From positions 122,694-186,693 of the IMG/VR virus record IMGVR_UViG_3300035698_012504: 64,000 nt of DNA; one strand, written 5' to 3'. Of the stretch, positions 49,440 through 57,666 are shown piece by piece. Position numbers and translations under genes: made by a program. Source of the stretch: a virus. Positions within the stretch are counted from its first letter, which is position 1; each line of letters begins with the position of its first letter. The notes beneath the pieces were generated by a model, which had not been told where the DNA came from, searched no databases, and worked only from the letters and a program-made list of their open reading frames with translations.

Positions 49440-50162
49440 ATGGTTAATAAAAACTTACCATTAGTTCTATCTGATTTATTTGAATATGATATCTCTTCAT
49501 GTTATTATAGAATACTTAAAAATATTGGTTGGGACTTAAGCGAGGTTGTCGAAGACGATAAGATAACTAGAAATATTCAATTGGGACTGATGCAGCGGGA
49601 TAATGTAAAGTTATCCCGTTTTCTTCAGGACTCAACTAAATCCATAATAGATTTCTACCTAAAGGAAAATAATATATCTCCCAATGAGGTAGCAGTGAGA
49701 CAAAAAGATGGGGTGATTCTAACTAAAAATCTAGAAAGAATTAATCTAACATTACCAATAGATTTCAGAGGAGTTGTATCTAAATTAATAATAAGTAGAA
49801 CATACAATGAATGGCTTATCCTTTACATGGATGGACGAGTAGATGTAAAAGGAGTATCAAATAAGCCAGTAGACATCAGCTTCTATAATCTATTTAGAAA
49901 CTTAGACTTCACTAATAAGAAAAATTTAGTGAAGGGGATAGAAATAATAAGAAGAAAAATACTAAGCAGTGAGAACGTAGAATGGTTTGCATGTAAATCA
50001 GAAGACGAATACTCTATTCCTGTAAAAGGAGAAGGTGAAATAAAACTTAGAAAGTCTAGCCTACATTCAATAGATCAAAACGATATAGATAAAGATTTGT
50101 TATGGGATAAATACGTATGGCCATTTGTCCAGTCTCTAGTTTCTGTGTATATAATAGGATAA
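49440..50162 (+). CDS. hypothetical protein
   Basis: 240-aa ORF. Confidence 0.4.
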   Translation: MVNKNLPLVLSDLFEYDISSCYYRILKNIGWDLSEVVEDDKITRNIQLGLMQRDNVKLSRFLQDSTKSIIDFYLKENNISPNEVAVRQKDGVILTKNLERINLTLPIDFRGVVSKLIISRTYNEWLILYMDGRVDVKGVSNKPVDISFYNLFRNLDFTNKKNLVKGIEIIRRKILSSENVEWFACKSEDEYSIPVKGEGEIKLRKSSLHSIDQNDIDKDLLWDKYVWPFVQSLVSVYIIG

Positions 50163-50165
50163 AAT

Positions 50166-50615
50166 ATGAAACATCTAGAAAAGATCGGTAGATACTTGTG
50201 CGGAGCACAAGAAGAAAGTAAACAGGTAGAAGAATTAAATGACAAAATTGAATCATTGATGAAACTACATGAGGAATTAGCAACTGAATTTGCAATGTAT
50301 AAAATTGAATGTGCTAAAATTAGACTTAGTGGTGCTGAACAACAATTAGGATTAATGGATTTAATAGATGTGCTATTAAAGAAACGTAAAAGAACTATAT
50401 TCGATAATGAATTAGTTGAGGAATTAGATCATGGTCTTATATCCGATGAGGAAATGAGTATTATAGATAGATTAATCGAAGAAGATAATTCTCAAGAAGT
50501 GTATAGCGACCAGGAGTTTGGAGAGGGGCTTCCACCTGATTATGTTGATGACTGGGATGATCCTGAAGTAATTGAGTCGCTACAAAAAGAAGCTGAGGGC
50601 AGAGACGATGAGTAA
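50166..50615 (+). CDS. hypothetical acidic coiled-coil protein
   Basis: 149 aa with a D/E-rich C-terminus. Confidence 0.4.
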   Translation: MKHLEKIGRYLCGAQEESKQVEELNDKIESLMKLHEELATEFAMYKIECAKIRLSGAEQQLGLMDLIDVLLKKRKRTIFDNELVEELDHGLISDEEMSIIDRLIEEDNSQEVYSDQEFGEGLPPDYVDDWDDPEVIESLQKEAEGRDDE

Positions 50616-50865
50616 ACCAAAAGTATATCCAATAACTAATTTAAAAGGCGTAGAAGTAGTAGTTAATAATCATGGTGAAAATTTTGAAAAAGGTTTGAAA
50701 AGATTTAAAAGAATGTGTAACAATGAAGGAGTCTTACAGGACCTGAGAGAAAAAGAAAGCTTTGAGAAACCAAGCGATAAGCGTAGAAGGAGAAGGCGAG
50801 CAGCAATTAAACGCTGTATGGATGCCGAACTCGACGAGTTGGAGAAAATGGATCACCATGGCTAG
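50608..50865 (+). CDS. rpsU: ribosomal protein bS21 homolog (phage-encoded)
   Basis: VVVNNHGENFEKGLKRFKRMCNNEGVLQDLREKESFEKPSDKRRRRRRAAIKRC matches the bS21 consensus (V.V..nE.f.kALRRFKR.cek.GvL.e.rrR.fyEKPs.kRkR...a..kR). Start set at internal ATG 50608 behind GAGGG. The ORF track begins 36 nt upstream. Confidence 0.8.
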   Translation: MSKPKVYPITNLKGVEVVVNNHGENFEKGLKRFKRMCNNEGVLQDLREKESFEKPSDKRRRRRRAAIKRCMDAELDELEKMDHHG

Positions 50866-51451
50866 ATCCCTTATAATAGGACCAGGGAAACGTTGGGTAC
50901 ACTGGTGTAACCACGCATACACTTACAAAGAAAGAGATGGAATTGATATAGTAGATAAAGATTCAATTGATGTAACTAGTAACATAGCATTCTCTGGAGA
51001 TAATAGACCAACTGACATCAGATTGTATGCTGAAAGTATACGAGATTATTCTGAGCGTCCTGTTCCAGAAGGGACATATGATTACATAGTTGCTGAGAGA
51101 GTACTAGAACATTTGGATTATATGGCAGTGATGTATACCCTGTTTGGATTATATGGTATGTCTGCACCAAGAGCAGAGTTAGAAATAGTTGTTCCAGACT
51201 TTGAAAAAGTATTTGATTCCCTTCGCCGGTTGAATCCGTTTGACGATCAAGCGGATAAATTCCAACGAGATTTTGTTAGGGTAGATACAGAAATATTTAA
51301 CGATGAGGAAGATCCTCATCAATCAGCATGGACACCTTTACTTGCTAGATATTATATAGAATGTGAAGGGCTTTGGACAGTTGAAGACATGGAACATATT
51401 ACAATAGAAGGTAGGGATTGGTATTTAAAGATCCTTGCAATAAGGAAATAG
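50858..51451 (+). CDS. hypothetical protein (weak class-I methyltransferase-like DYIVAERVLEHLDY)
   Basis: Start ATG 50858 overlaps the bS21 stop (ATGGCTAG). Only a weak post-motif-II-like segment is visible. Confidence 0.4.
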   Translation: MARSLIIGPGKRWVHWCNHAYTYKERDGIDIVDKDSIDVTSNIAFSGDNRPTDIRLYAESIRDYSERPVPEGTYDYIVAERVLEHLDYMAVMYTLFGLYGMSAPRAELEIVVPDFEKVFDSLRRLNPFDDQADKFQRDFVRVDTEIFNDEEDPHQSAWTPLLARYYIECEGLWTVEDMEHITIEGRDWYLKILAIRK

Positions 51452-51454
51452 ATA

Positions 51455-51769
51455 ATGGCTGATGAAACTAGTTTTGATGATGGTAAATTAAAAGTACTTA
51501 AAGAATTTAGAGTTCCCGATCCGTGGGATGGAGCAGAATCAGGAGCACTGATAAGAGTATATACCTACGACGGAAGTAAACCAAAAGTAAATATACTACG
51601 ATACTATAAAAAATCCAAAGGGTTTGATGAAGGTGATAACACCGAAGTCGTATCGAATAAAGGTAATCTCCCAATGGAGAATGTACAGAAGGTTGGAGAA
51701 CTCCTTGTCAGTATAGGCAAGGAACTAAATAGGGTAGACACCCAAGAGGTACCAAATGGCATCAGGTAG
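51455..51769 (+). CDS. hypothetical protein
   Basis: 104-aa ORF. Confidence 0.35.
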   Translation: MADETSFDDGKLKVLKEFRVPDPWDGAESGALIRVYTYDGSKPKVNILRYYKKSKGFDEGDNTEVVSNKGNLPMENVQKVGELLVSIGKELNRVDTQEVPNGIR

Positions 51770-52997
51770 CAAAATAGACGACGAACTATCAAGAACAAAT
51801 ATGCCCATTCAACGAGCAATTATGTATGCATTGGATAGTGTTGAAATGAGGATGCAGGGAATCGAATGTGCGATTCCGTATCTAGTAGGTACTCCCGGTG
51901 GCGGGAAGACTCAAATGACCAATAAATTTGCTCTTGAACGCGGATACAATTTCATCTCAGCTTCTCCTGCCCTTGAACGAGTAGAGAAGTTCGGTGGAAT
52001 TCCCGATCTAGTTCATATGGAAAATGGAGATCTTCATACCGTATGGTCAGTACCTCAATTGATCTGTGAAATAAGAAAAGTTTCAGAGAATGGAAAGCCC
52101 ACGGTAGTTCTTCTTGATGACTGGCATCTCTGCCCAGAAGAGATTCAGCAAATTGGTTTTGAATTGTTTACATATCATTCACTCAATGGTCATAAGATTC
52201 CTGAAAATGCTCAGTTCATCTTAGCTGGTAATGAAACCAGTGCTGCAGGAGCAAGAGTTCAGCTTTCAGCCATAAGAAATAGATGTGTGAATTACAGAGT
52301 GTTCAGTGATCCAGAATATTGGATTGATAATTATGCAGCACCAAAAGGAATTCATGATATTGGAATAAGCTTCTTCAGTTCAAAGGATCATTTCACATTG
52401 TTCCATGAAGAAGAGGCCACTTCACATCAATTTGGTTCTCCGAGATCTTGGACCCATGCGTTCATTCAGTTAACTTGGGCTGAAAATAATGAGAAGTACC
52501 ACGCAGTAGATCCTAGAACCAAGAAGACTGGGCTTCCAATTGCCGACCTTCAAGCTATCTTAGAGGGATCAGTAAGTAAGAAAGCCGCTGCAAAATTCAT
52601 AGAGTATTACAGAATATACCGAGAAGTAAATGCTACAAAAATATTCGACACTGGTAAATATGTCATTCCAGAAAAGAACATTAATAGATTTGCATTCGCT
52701 TCTGCCATATGTGCTGAGTTCTATCATCGGTTCACTTCTGGTAAAAGAAAGAAAGAAGCTGCTCACCTATTTGTTAGTATTATGAATGACCTTCAGACTC
52801 ACTCAAGAGAGATTGCAGTCAAAACATTAAGAACAATAGCAAAGAAACCAAAAGTTGAAGAGTTCGATAAAATAAAAGGAGCTAAGGCTTACTCTGGTGC
52901 AGAGATCCTTACAGAGATCATCAAAGCAGGCATCCTTGATCTTAAGCTGGTTGATGACTTGAGACAAACAGTAGCTCTATTAAACGCAGATAAATAG
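51756..52997 (+). CDS. MoxR-like AAA+ ATPase
   Basis: Walker A LVGTPGGGKTQMTNKFA. Walker B-like VVLLDDWHLC. Overall single-AAA MoxR/CbbQ-like layout. Confidence 0.75.
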   Translation: MASGSKIDDELSRTNMPIQRAIMYALDSVEMRMQGIECAIPYLVGTPGGGKTQMTNKFALERGYNFISASPALERVEKFGGIPDLVHMENGDLHTVWSVPQLICEIRKVSENGKPTVVLLDDWHLCPEEIQQIGFELFTYHSLNGHKIPENAQFILAGNETSAAGARVQLSAIRNRCVNYRVFSDPEYWIDNYAAPKGIHDIGISFFSSKDHFTLFHEEEATSHQFGSPRSWTHAFIQLTWAENNEKYHAVDPRTKKTGLPIADLQAILEGSVSKKAAAKFIEYYRIYREVNATKIFDTGKYVIPEKNINRFAFASAICAEFYHRFTSGKRKKEAAHLFVSIMNDLQTHSREIAVKTLRTIAKKPKVEEFDKIKGAKAYSGAEILTEIIKAGILDLKLVDDLRQTVALLNADK

Positions 52998-53011
52998 ATG
53001 GGACCAATTCT

Positions 53012-54472
53012 ATGTCAGAAAAAACTCCAGCCCCCGAGGTTCCCAAGGAGGCTACAGAGGAGATACCTCCATCATTATCAAGATTTGGAGAGGAATTAAA
53101 AGACGCTCTTGTCATTCTTCTCAACAAACAAGACACGGAATTCTTTGGCACTCTAGCCTATGGAATTCCGTTTCATGTTTTAGATAAGGAACAATATAAA
53201 TCAAATAGTGGTGGAATACCATCGGCTGGATATACTGATCACGAATGTATAGTATTTCTTGCAGATAATGAAACAACTAAATCAGAAATTATATTCATTA
53301 CTATCCATGAAATAATTCATATCATTTGTTCACATGTTAGGCGGCGTGGAAACAGGCACCCTATGATGTGGAACCTTGCAATCGATCACGTCACGAATAG
53401 ATTTGTAAGGGAGATAGCCAATAGAAAAAATTATATTAAAGAACCCCATGGTGGATGTATATTCTTTGAGGATATCCACAGAGAGTTTCCAGATATAATT
53501 CCTGAAGAACTATATGAAATAATGTGCAAGAAAGCAAGTATGAATTCTAAAGAGGGAGAAGACTCAGATAAAATAACAAATGTTTATGGTACTGGAGATT
53601 GTTCTGATCCGACATATGAAATCACCTGGGAAGACTTAAAAGACAATGAAGGAAATAGTACTGGTAAAATTAAAGTTACTGTCAAAAATATAGAGACTGG
53701 TGACGAACAAACAATGGTATATGATTCCAAAATGGAAGATGAAGAGTATCGGAAAAAGGCAGAAGAAGCCTTTGGAGATATAGCACAAGATGCTCGTACC
53801 CTATGGTACGCTACTCCTACCGAAGCAAGAGGATCTCTTTCTGGATCAATGATAGAATTTCTAGACACTTTATTTAAAGTGGAGATTCCTTGGGACGATG
53901 TACTTGAAGATGCTGTATTGTATAATGTTCAAAACGCCCAGAGCAGATCTTGGGTAGAGAAGAACTTTTACATTCGGCATCCTCGTGTCCCAGGTAAAAG
54001 AAATAAACGAAATCCTTTCTATCTTATAGCAACAGTAGACTGTTCAGGATCTATCAGTAAGAATGATCTGAAGAGATTTGCTGGAGTATTAATAGGAAGT
54101 GCTCAGTATTATAAAGCGATTCATATGATTGTACATGACCACGCAATACAAGATGAGTTAATGATTACTAGTAATCTTACAGAAGCTGGTGTCGCAGAGC
54201 ATGTCAAATCATTCAGAGGTAGAGGTGGCACTAGTCACAGAGAACCATTTGATAGAATTCAAAATATAGTTCAGGAAGAACGGGTAAGTACAATACTATT
54301 TCTGACAGATTATTATTCTGATGTACAACATATACATACAGATTACAGATGGTTCCATGATTACGAAACCATATGGGTTCTAAACAGCAAAGAAGAGGTA
54401 TTCCTAGATGAGTGCAGAACAAAGTCAATCCACCTCGACGCTCACGGTCGAGGCAAAAGACGAGACTTCTAA
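53012..54472 (+). CDS. VWA-domain protein with an N-terminal HExxH metallopeptidase-like motif (MoxR partner)
   Basis: TIHEIIHIICSH (HExxH). C-terminal MIDAS IATVDCSGSISKND (DxSGS). Immediately downstream of the MoxR-like ATPase. Confidence 0.7.
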   Translation: MSEKTPAPEVPKEATEEIPPSLSRFGEELKDALVILLNKQDTEFFGTLAYGIPFHVLDKEQYKSNSGGIPSAGYTDHECIVFLADNETTKSEIIFITIHEIIHIICSHVRRRGNRHPMMWNLAIDHVTNRFVREIANRKNYIKEPHGGCIFFEDIHREFPDIIPEELYEIMCKKASMNSKEGEDSDKITNVYGTGDCSDPTYEITWEDLKDNEGNSTGKIKVTVKNIETGDEQTMVYDSKMEDEEYRKKAEEAFGDIAQDARTLWYATPTEARGSLSGSMIEFLDTLFKVEIPWDDVLEDAVLYNVQNAQSRSWVEKNFYIRHPRVPGKRNKRNPFYLIATVDCSGSISKNDLKRFAGVLIGSAQYYKAIHMIVHDHAIQDELMITSNLTEAGVAEHVKSFRGRGGTSHREPFDRIQNIVQEERVSTILFLTDYYSDVQHIHTDYRWFHDYETIWVLNSKEEVFLDECRTKSIHLDAHGRGKRRDF

Positions 54473-54869
54473 AGAAGATAGTAATGTCAATTGGGTTAAA
54501 CATCAGTATCACTATTTCGTAGGCATTATTAAAGACAAAACCGGTAACAAACTGGACTTCTATTTCAGATTTGAATCAGATGAATTGAGAGCCATGAGCG
54601 CAGAAGCAATGCTTGAAGAGCTTTCTCATAATGATGGAGACATTGACTCCTCATCCAATGAGAAGCTCGGAGAGAGCTTTGAAACAATGTGGCTAGTGAT
54701 GGCATTGAAAACAAGAATAGAAGAGAATCTCGTGGCTTGTCTGTTCCATAGTGACAAGCTAAGAAACCGAGATGAAATGATTAAATTAATAGAAGAAGAA
54801 TTATCAGATGAACAAGTTGAAGCAGCTACAGTAATGAATGGAACAGATAGCGACTTCACAAATTATTAG
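54408..54869 (+). CDS. hypothetical acidic protein
   Basis: 153-aa ORF overlapping the previous gene by 65 nt. Start uncertain. Confidence 0.35.
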   Translation: MSAEQSQSTSTLTVEAKDETSKEDSNVNWVKHQYHYFVGIIKDKTGNKLDFYFRFESDELRAMSAEAMLEELSHNDGDIDSSSNEKLGESFETMWLVMALKTRIEENLVACLFHSDKLRNRDEMIKLIEEELSDEQVEAATVMNGTDSDFTNY

Positions 54870-54888
54870 AATATAAACGAAAGGTCAA

Positions 54889-55116
54889 ATGGGTAAGAAT
54901 AAAAAATCTAAGAATCAAATAGCAAGTTTTTTCTCGGAGTTGTTAAAGACTACAAAAATTAGTTACGAGCTCGATGCAGATAAAAAGCACTCACTGTCCG
55001 TGAACATCGATGACGGATCAGACATGTGTGCAGACGTTGAACTGGAGCAGAGTCTAGAAAAGTCTGGCTCTGCTCCAGTTATTAAAATTAATTTAGGTAA
55101 ACAAGATAATAAATAA
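54889..55116 (+). CDS. hypothetical small protein
   Basis: 75-aa ORF. Confidence 0.3.
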   Translation: MGKNKKSKNQIASFFSELLKTTKISYELDADKKHSLSVNIDDGSDMCADVELEQSLEKSGSAPVIKINLGKQDNK

Positions 55117-55120
55117 TACT

Positions 55121-55145
55121 ATACATATTAAATAGTGAGAACACA
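55121..55145 (+). promoter_or_regulatory. copy 3 of conserved promoter-like motif (ATACATATTAAATAGTGAGAACACA)
   Basis: Same core as 8693, 32507 and 56918. Followed by SD AAAGGAG and a GC-rich small ORF. Confidence 0.45.
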
Positions 55146-55515
55146 TTTTCAGAAAGGAGTATTGTTGCCAACCATCCAGGACGAAAGGATAAACCGTTTA
55201 AGAAATTCCAAAAATACGCAGGTATCTGAGCGTGTTCTCAGAGAAAATGCGGCTTTGCGTAAGCAGGTTGAGGGTCTCCAGCAGGGCTCGACAGTTCCAG
55301 CTCGAAGTGTTTGTGGCGTTTTAGTAAGAAAAGGTGACATCCAAACGGTAGTTGCCAATTCTATGCACGTATTCCTTTCTTCATTGATTGGTAATGAATT
55401 CGGCGGTGTTGGTGAACTAGTCGCTGCCGGTGTCGCGGTGGCAACTGGTACATTGATTGAAGAAATCTTCCCAGAGGTTCAGTCTGAGGAAGACCTTGAT
55501 GCTGATGAGGAATAA
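55135..55515 (+). CDS. small GC-rich protein (start uncertain; possibly TTG 55162 behind AAAGGAG)
   Basis: The ORF track starts at a GTG inside the promoter motif. The coding part is GC-rich relative to the window and ends at a canonical terminator. Confidence 0.4.
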   Translation: MRTHFQKGVLLPTIQDERINRLRNSKNTQVSERVLRENAALRKQVEGLQQGSTVPARSVCGVLVRKGDIQTVVANSMHVFLSSLIGNEFGGVGELVAAGVAVATGTLIEEIFPEVQSEEDLDADEE

Positions 55516-55520
55516 AAAAG

Positions 55521-55552
55521 AGGGGGTGCACTGCAACACCCTTTCTTTTTTT
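55521..55552 (+). terminator. rho-independent terminator
   Basis: AGGGGGTG-CACTGCAA-CACCCTTT stem-loop followed by CTTTCTTTTTTT. Confidence 0.65.
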
Positions 55553-55611
55553 GGTTGTATTTATTCTGAGGACAAATTTTATATAAACCAATTAAACTAT
55601 AGGGGTTAAAT

Positions 55612-56871
55612 ATGTCAATTCCAAGAAACGAGAGACCATTTTATGTTATTAATTTTAATGTAGGCGATATGGACCTATCATTAAATGTAACATCGGTTAA
55701 ATTAGCTAGTTCAATAGCGTCTGTTTATCCTGCTGTAGTTATTGAATTTGAAATAGATGCGGCAGAGATGGTGTTAGAGAAAATATATGGACAAGAATCT
55801 ATTACATTATCAATTAAATTAACTACTGAAGATCAAGATGAGAAAGGTATGTTTGAATTTAATTTAATTAATGTTGATATTAAATCTACAATAGAACCTA
55901 AGGGACAGAACCAAGAATCTGATCATCAAGAATCTAATCATGTTAAGCTGACATGTGTAATAAAAGAAGCATTTAAAGCAATGAATACAACAATAAATAG
56001 ACTTATAGATGAGTCAAAAGAGTTCACTCCCATTGAAGCATTGCAGGATATAATAGATAACTGTACAGATATTTCTCCAAATATAATAGATAAAAATAAA
56101 AATACAGAAAAGATTTATCAAATAATTATACCTCCTATGACACTATCTAAGAGTATAAAATATCTAGATGAATACTTTGGAATATTTAATGGACCAATGA
56201 ATTCATTTTGTACAGTATTAGATGGAGACATAGTATTAACTATTGCTGATCTTAGTCATATGATAAAGGATGAAGAAAAATATAAAATCCATTTGTTAAC
56301 TGAGGGTGGAGATGAATCAAAAATATATGAGGAATCTGATCCTACTAATAATGTTTTTTATGTTTATAATCCAATGGTATCTAAATACGAAGGTAATAAA
56401 CAGGTAATGAAGAACGCATATAAACAAAGATATGTATCTCTACCTATGGATAAATTATTTCATAATATAGATTTTACTGTGGATGATGTGTATAATGACA
56501 ATTCTGTACAGTCCGCGTCCGGTGGAGACTTCTATTATAATGACGATGTAAAAGAAAGATATCAAGTACACACAAATCATACTGGATATGAAACAACTGA
56601 GACATTTGCAAGAGCAGATCTAGCAAGAAGTATATCTAATTTAACATACCTTACATTTGAATTGCATAGAAATATGGATATTAGTGAACTAATTAAGATA
56701 GGGGTTCCTATATTAATAGAACCTCATGTAGCAGAGTACGATGAATATAAAGGAAAATATATAGTTAGCTCCTCATACGCAGTATTCGAACGATCTTCTG
56801 GAACAATGTATGATTGTCATGTGAGGAATAAATGCTTCAGGGGTAATGTTCTAGAGACAGGTGGGGGATAG
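55612..56871 (+). CDS. hypothetical protein (419 aa, possibly structural)
   Basis: Long ORF with no motif recognised. Confidence 0.45.
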   Translation: MSIPRNERPFYVINFNVGDMDLSLNVTSVKLASSIASVYPAVVIEFEIDAAEMVLEKIYGQESITLSIKLTTEDQDEKGMFEFNLINVDIKSTIEPKGQNQESDHQESNHVKLTCVIKEAFKAMNTTINRLIDESKEFTPIEALQDIIDNCTDISPNIIDKNKNTEKIYQIIIPPMTLSKSIKYLDEYFGIFNGPMNSFCTVLDGDIVLTIADLSHMIKDEEKYKIHLLTEGGDESKIYEESDPTNNVFYVYNPMVSKYEGNKQVMKNAYKQRYVSLPMDKLFHNIDFTVDDVYNDNSVQSASGGDFYYNDDVKERYQVHTNHTGYETTETFARADLARSISNLTYLTFELHRNMDISELIKIGVPILIEPHVAEYDEYKGKYIVSSSYAVFERSSGTMYDCHVRNKCFRGNVLETGGG

Positions 56872-56917
56872 AAGAAGATTTTAAGTGGTAAAATAAAGAG
56901 TGGGTAACTTTTGAAAT

Positions 56918-56946
56918 GATTATATATATTAAATAGTGACAGCACA
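56918..56946 (+). promoter_or_regulatory. copy 4 of conserved promoter-like motif (GATTATATATATTAAATAGTGACAGCACA)
   Basis: Same core. The 3' end forms the hairpin AGTGACA-GCACACGT-TGTCACT. Followed by SD GAAAGGAGAG and a GC-rich small gene. Confidence 0.45.
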
Positions 56947-56985
56947 CGTTGTCACTATCATTTCAAGCACCCCGAAAGGAGAGCC

Positions 56986-57219
56986 ATGAGTGGTAGTATT
57001 TGGAATGCAATTCGGGAAGCGGGATTAGATCCTGCAGACGTCGATGACAATCTGCTTGGAGCTTTGAAGGCTCAGAAGAAGATGCGAAAACTTCTTCGAG
57101 GCAAAGCCCTCCAGAAGACATCTGGCCCTAAAGTACCTCTTTCCATAAGAGCTGCTAAGAGTAAGCGGAACAAATCACGACAGAGAAAGGAGAGACGGAA
57201 AAATAGAAGTTCTAAGTAG
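56986..57219 (+). CDS. small basic protein (Arg/Lys-rich C-terminus)
   Basis: 77 aa, ending ...AKSKRNKSRQRKERRKNRSSK. GC content higher than the surrounding sequence. Confidence 0.45.
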   Translation: MSGSIWNAIREAGLDPADVDDNLLGALKAQKKMRKLLRGKALQKTSGPKVPLSIRAAKSKRNKSRQRKERRKNRSSK

Positions 57220-57229
57220 TATCCGATCC

Positions 57230-57650
57230 GGAAACACTTCTATAACTTCAAGTTGCCCTTTAGAAAATGGATCTCCTAAAGGCGAGAGTTCACATGGATG
57301 TGCAACTGAGGGATGTTTAAGAGGCATTCCAGGAAGGGGTTCTGCATGAAAGCAGACAAGTGTTCGGCAAGATTTCGATGTGGTGGTCGTATTGTGGTAC
57401 GAGATGAAGAGTCATCTTCCATGACAGATGGAAAGCTCCCTGCCGAGGGGCTTGCATGGGATGGTATTATATCATTCAAGAAGATGCTACTCGTACTGAA
57501 AGATACTCTTCAAATAGCCCAAAGGGCTTTAATCATATCAATACCCTTATCTGTGTGCTGGCCCGATGAGGGTCAGTACCGTATATTTTTTATTTCTTTT
57601 TTTATTTAATTTGATAATATAAAGAAAAATGAGGACAAACTATAAACGAT
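57230..57650 (+). other. GC-rich, hairpin-dense non-coding island upstream of the terminase gene (candidate structured RNA or packaging site)
   Basis: About 420 nt at roughly 47% GC, against about 33% for the window. No convincing ORF. Multiple short inverted repeats (TCTGC-ATGAAA-GCAGA; GAAGAGTCATCTTC). Confidence 0.3.
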
Positions 57651-57666
57651 TGGAGCAGAGGAGATT

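Noticed and set aside
57313-57609. 98-aa + strand ORF inside the GC-rich island upstream of terL
   Set aside because: No SD spacing (GAGGG abuts the ATG), odd Cys/Arg-rich composition, and it lies in a region better explained as structured non-coding sequence. Kept only as part of the island finding.
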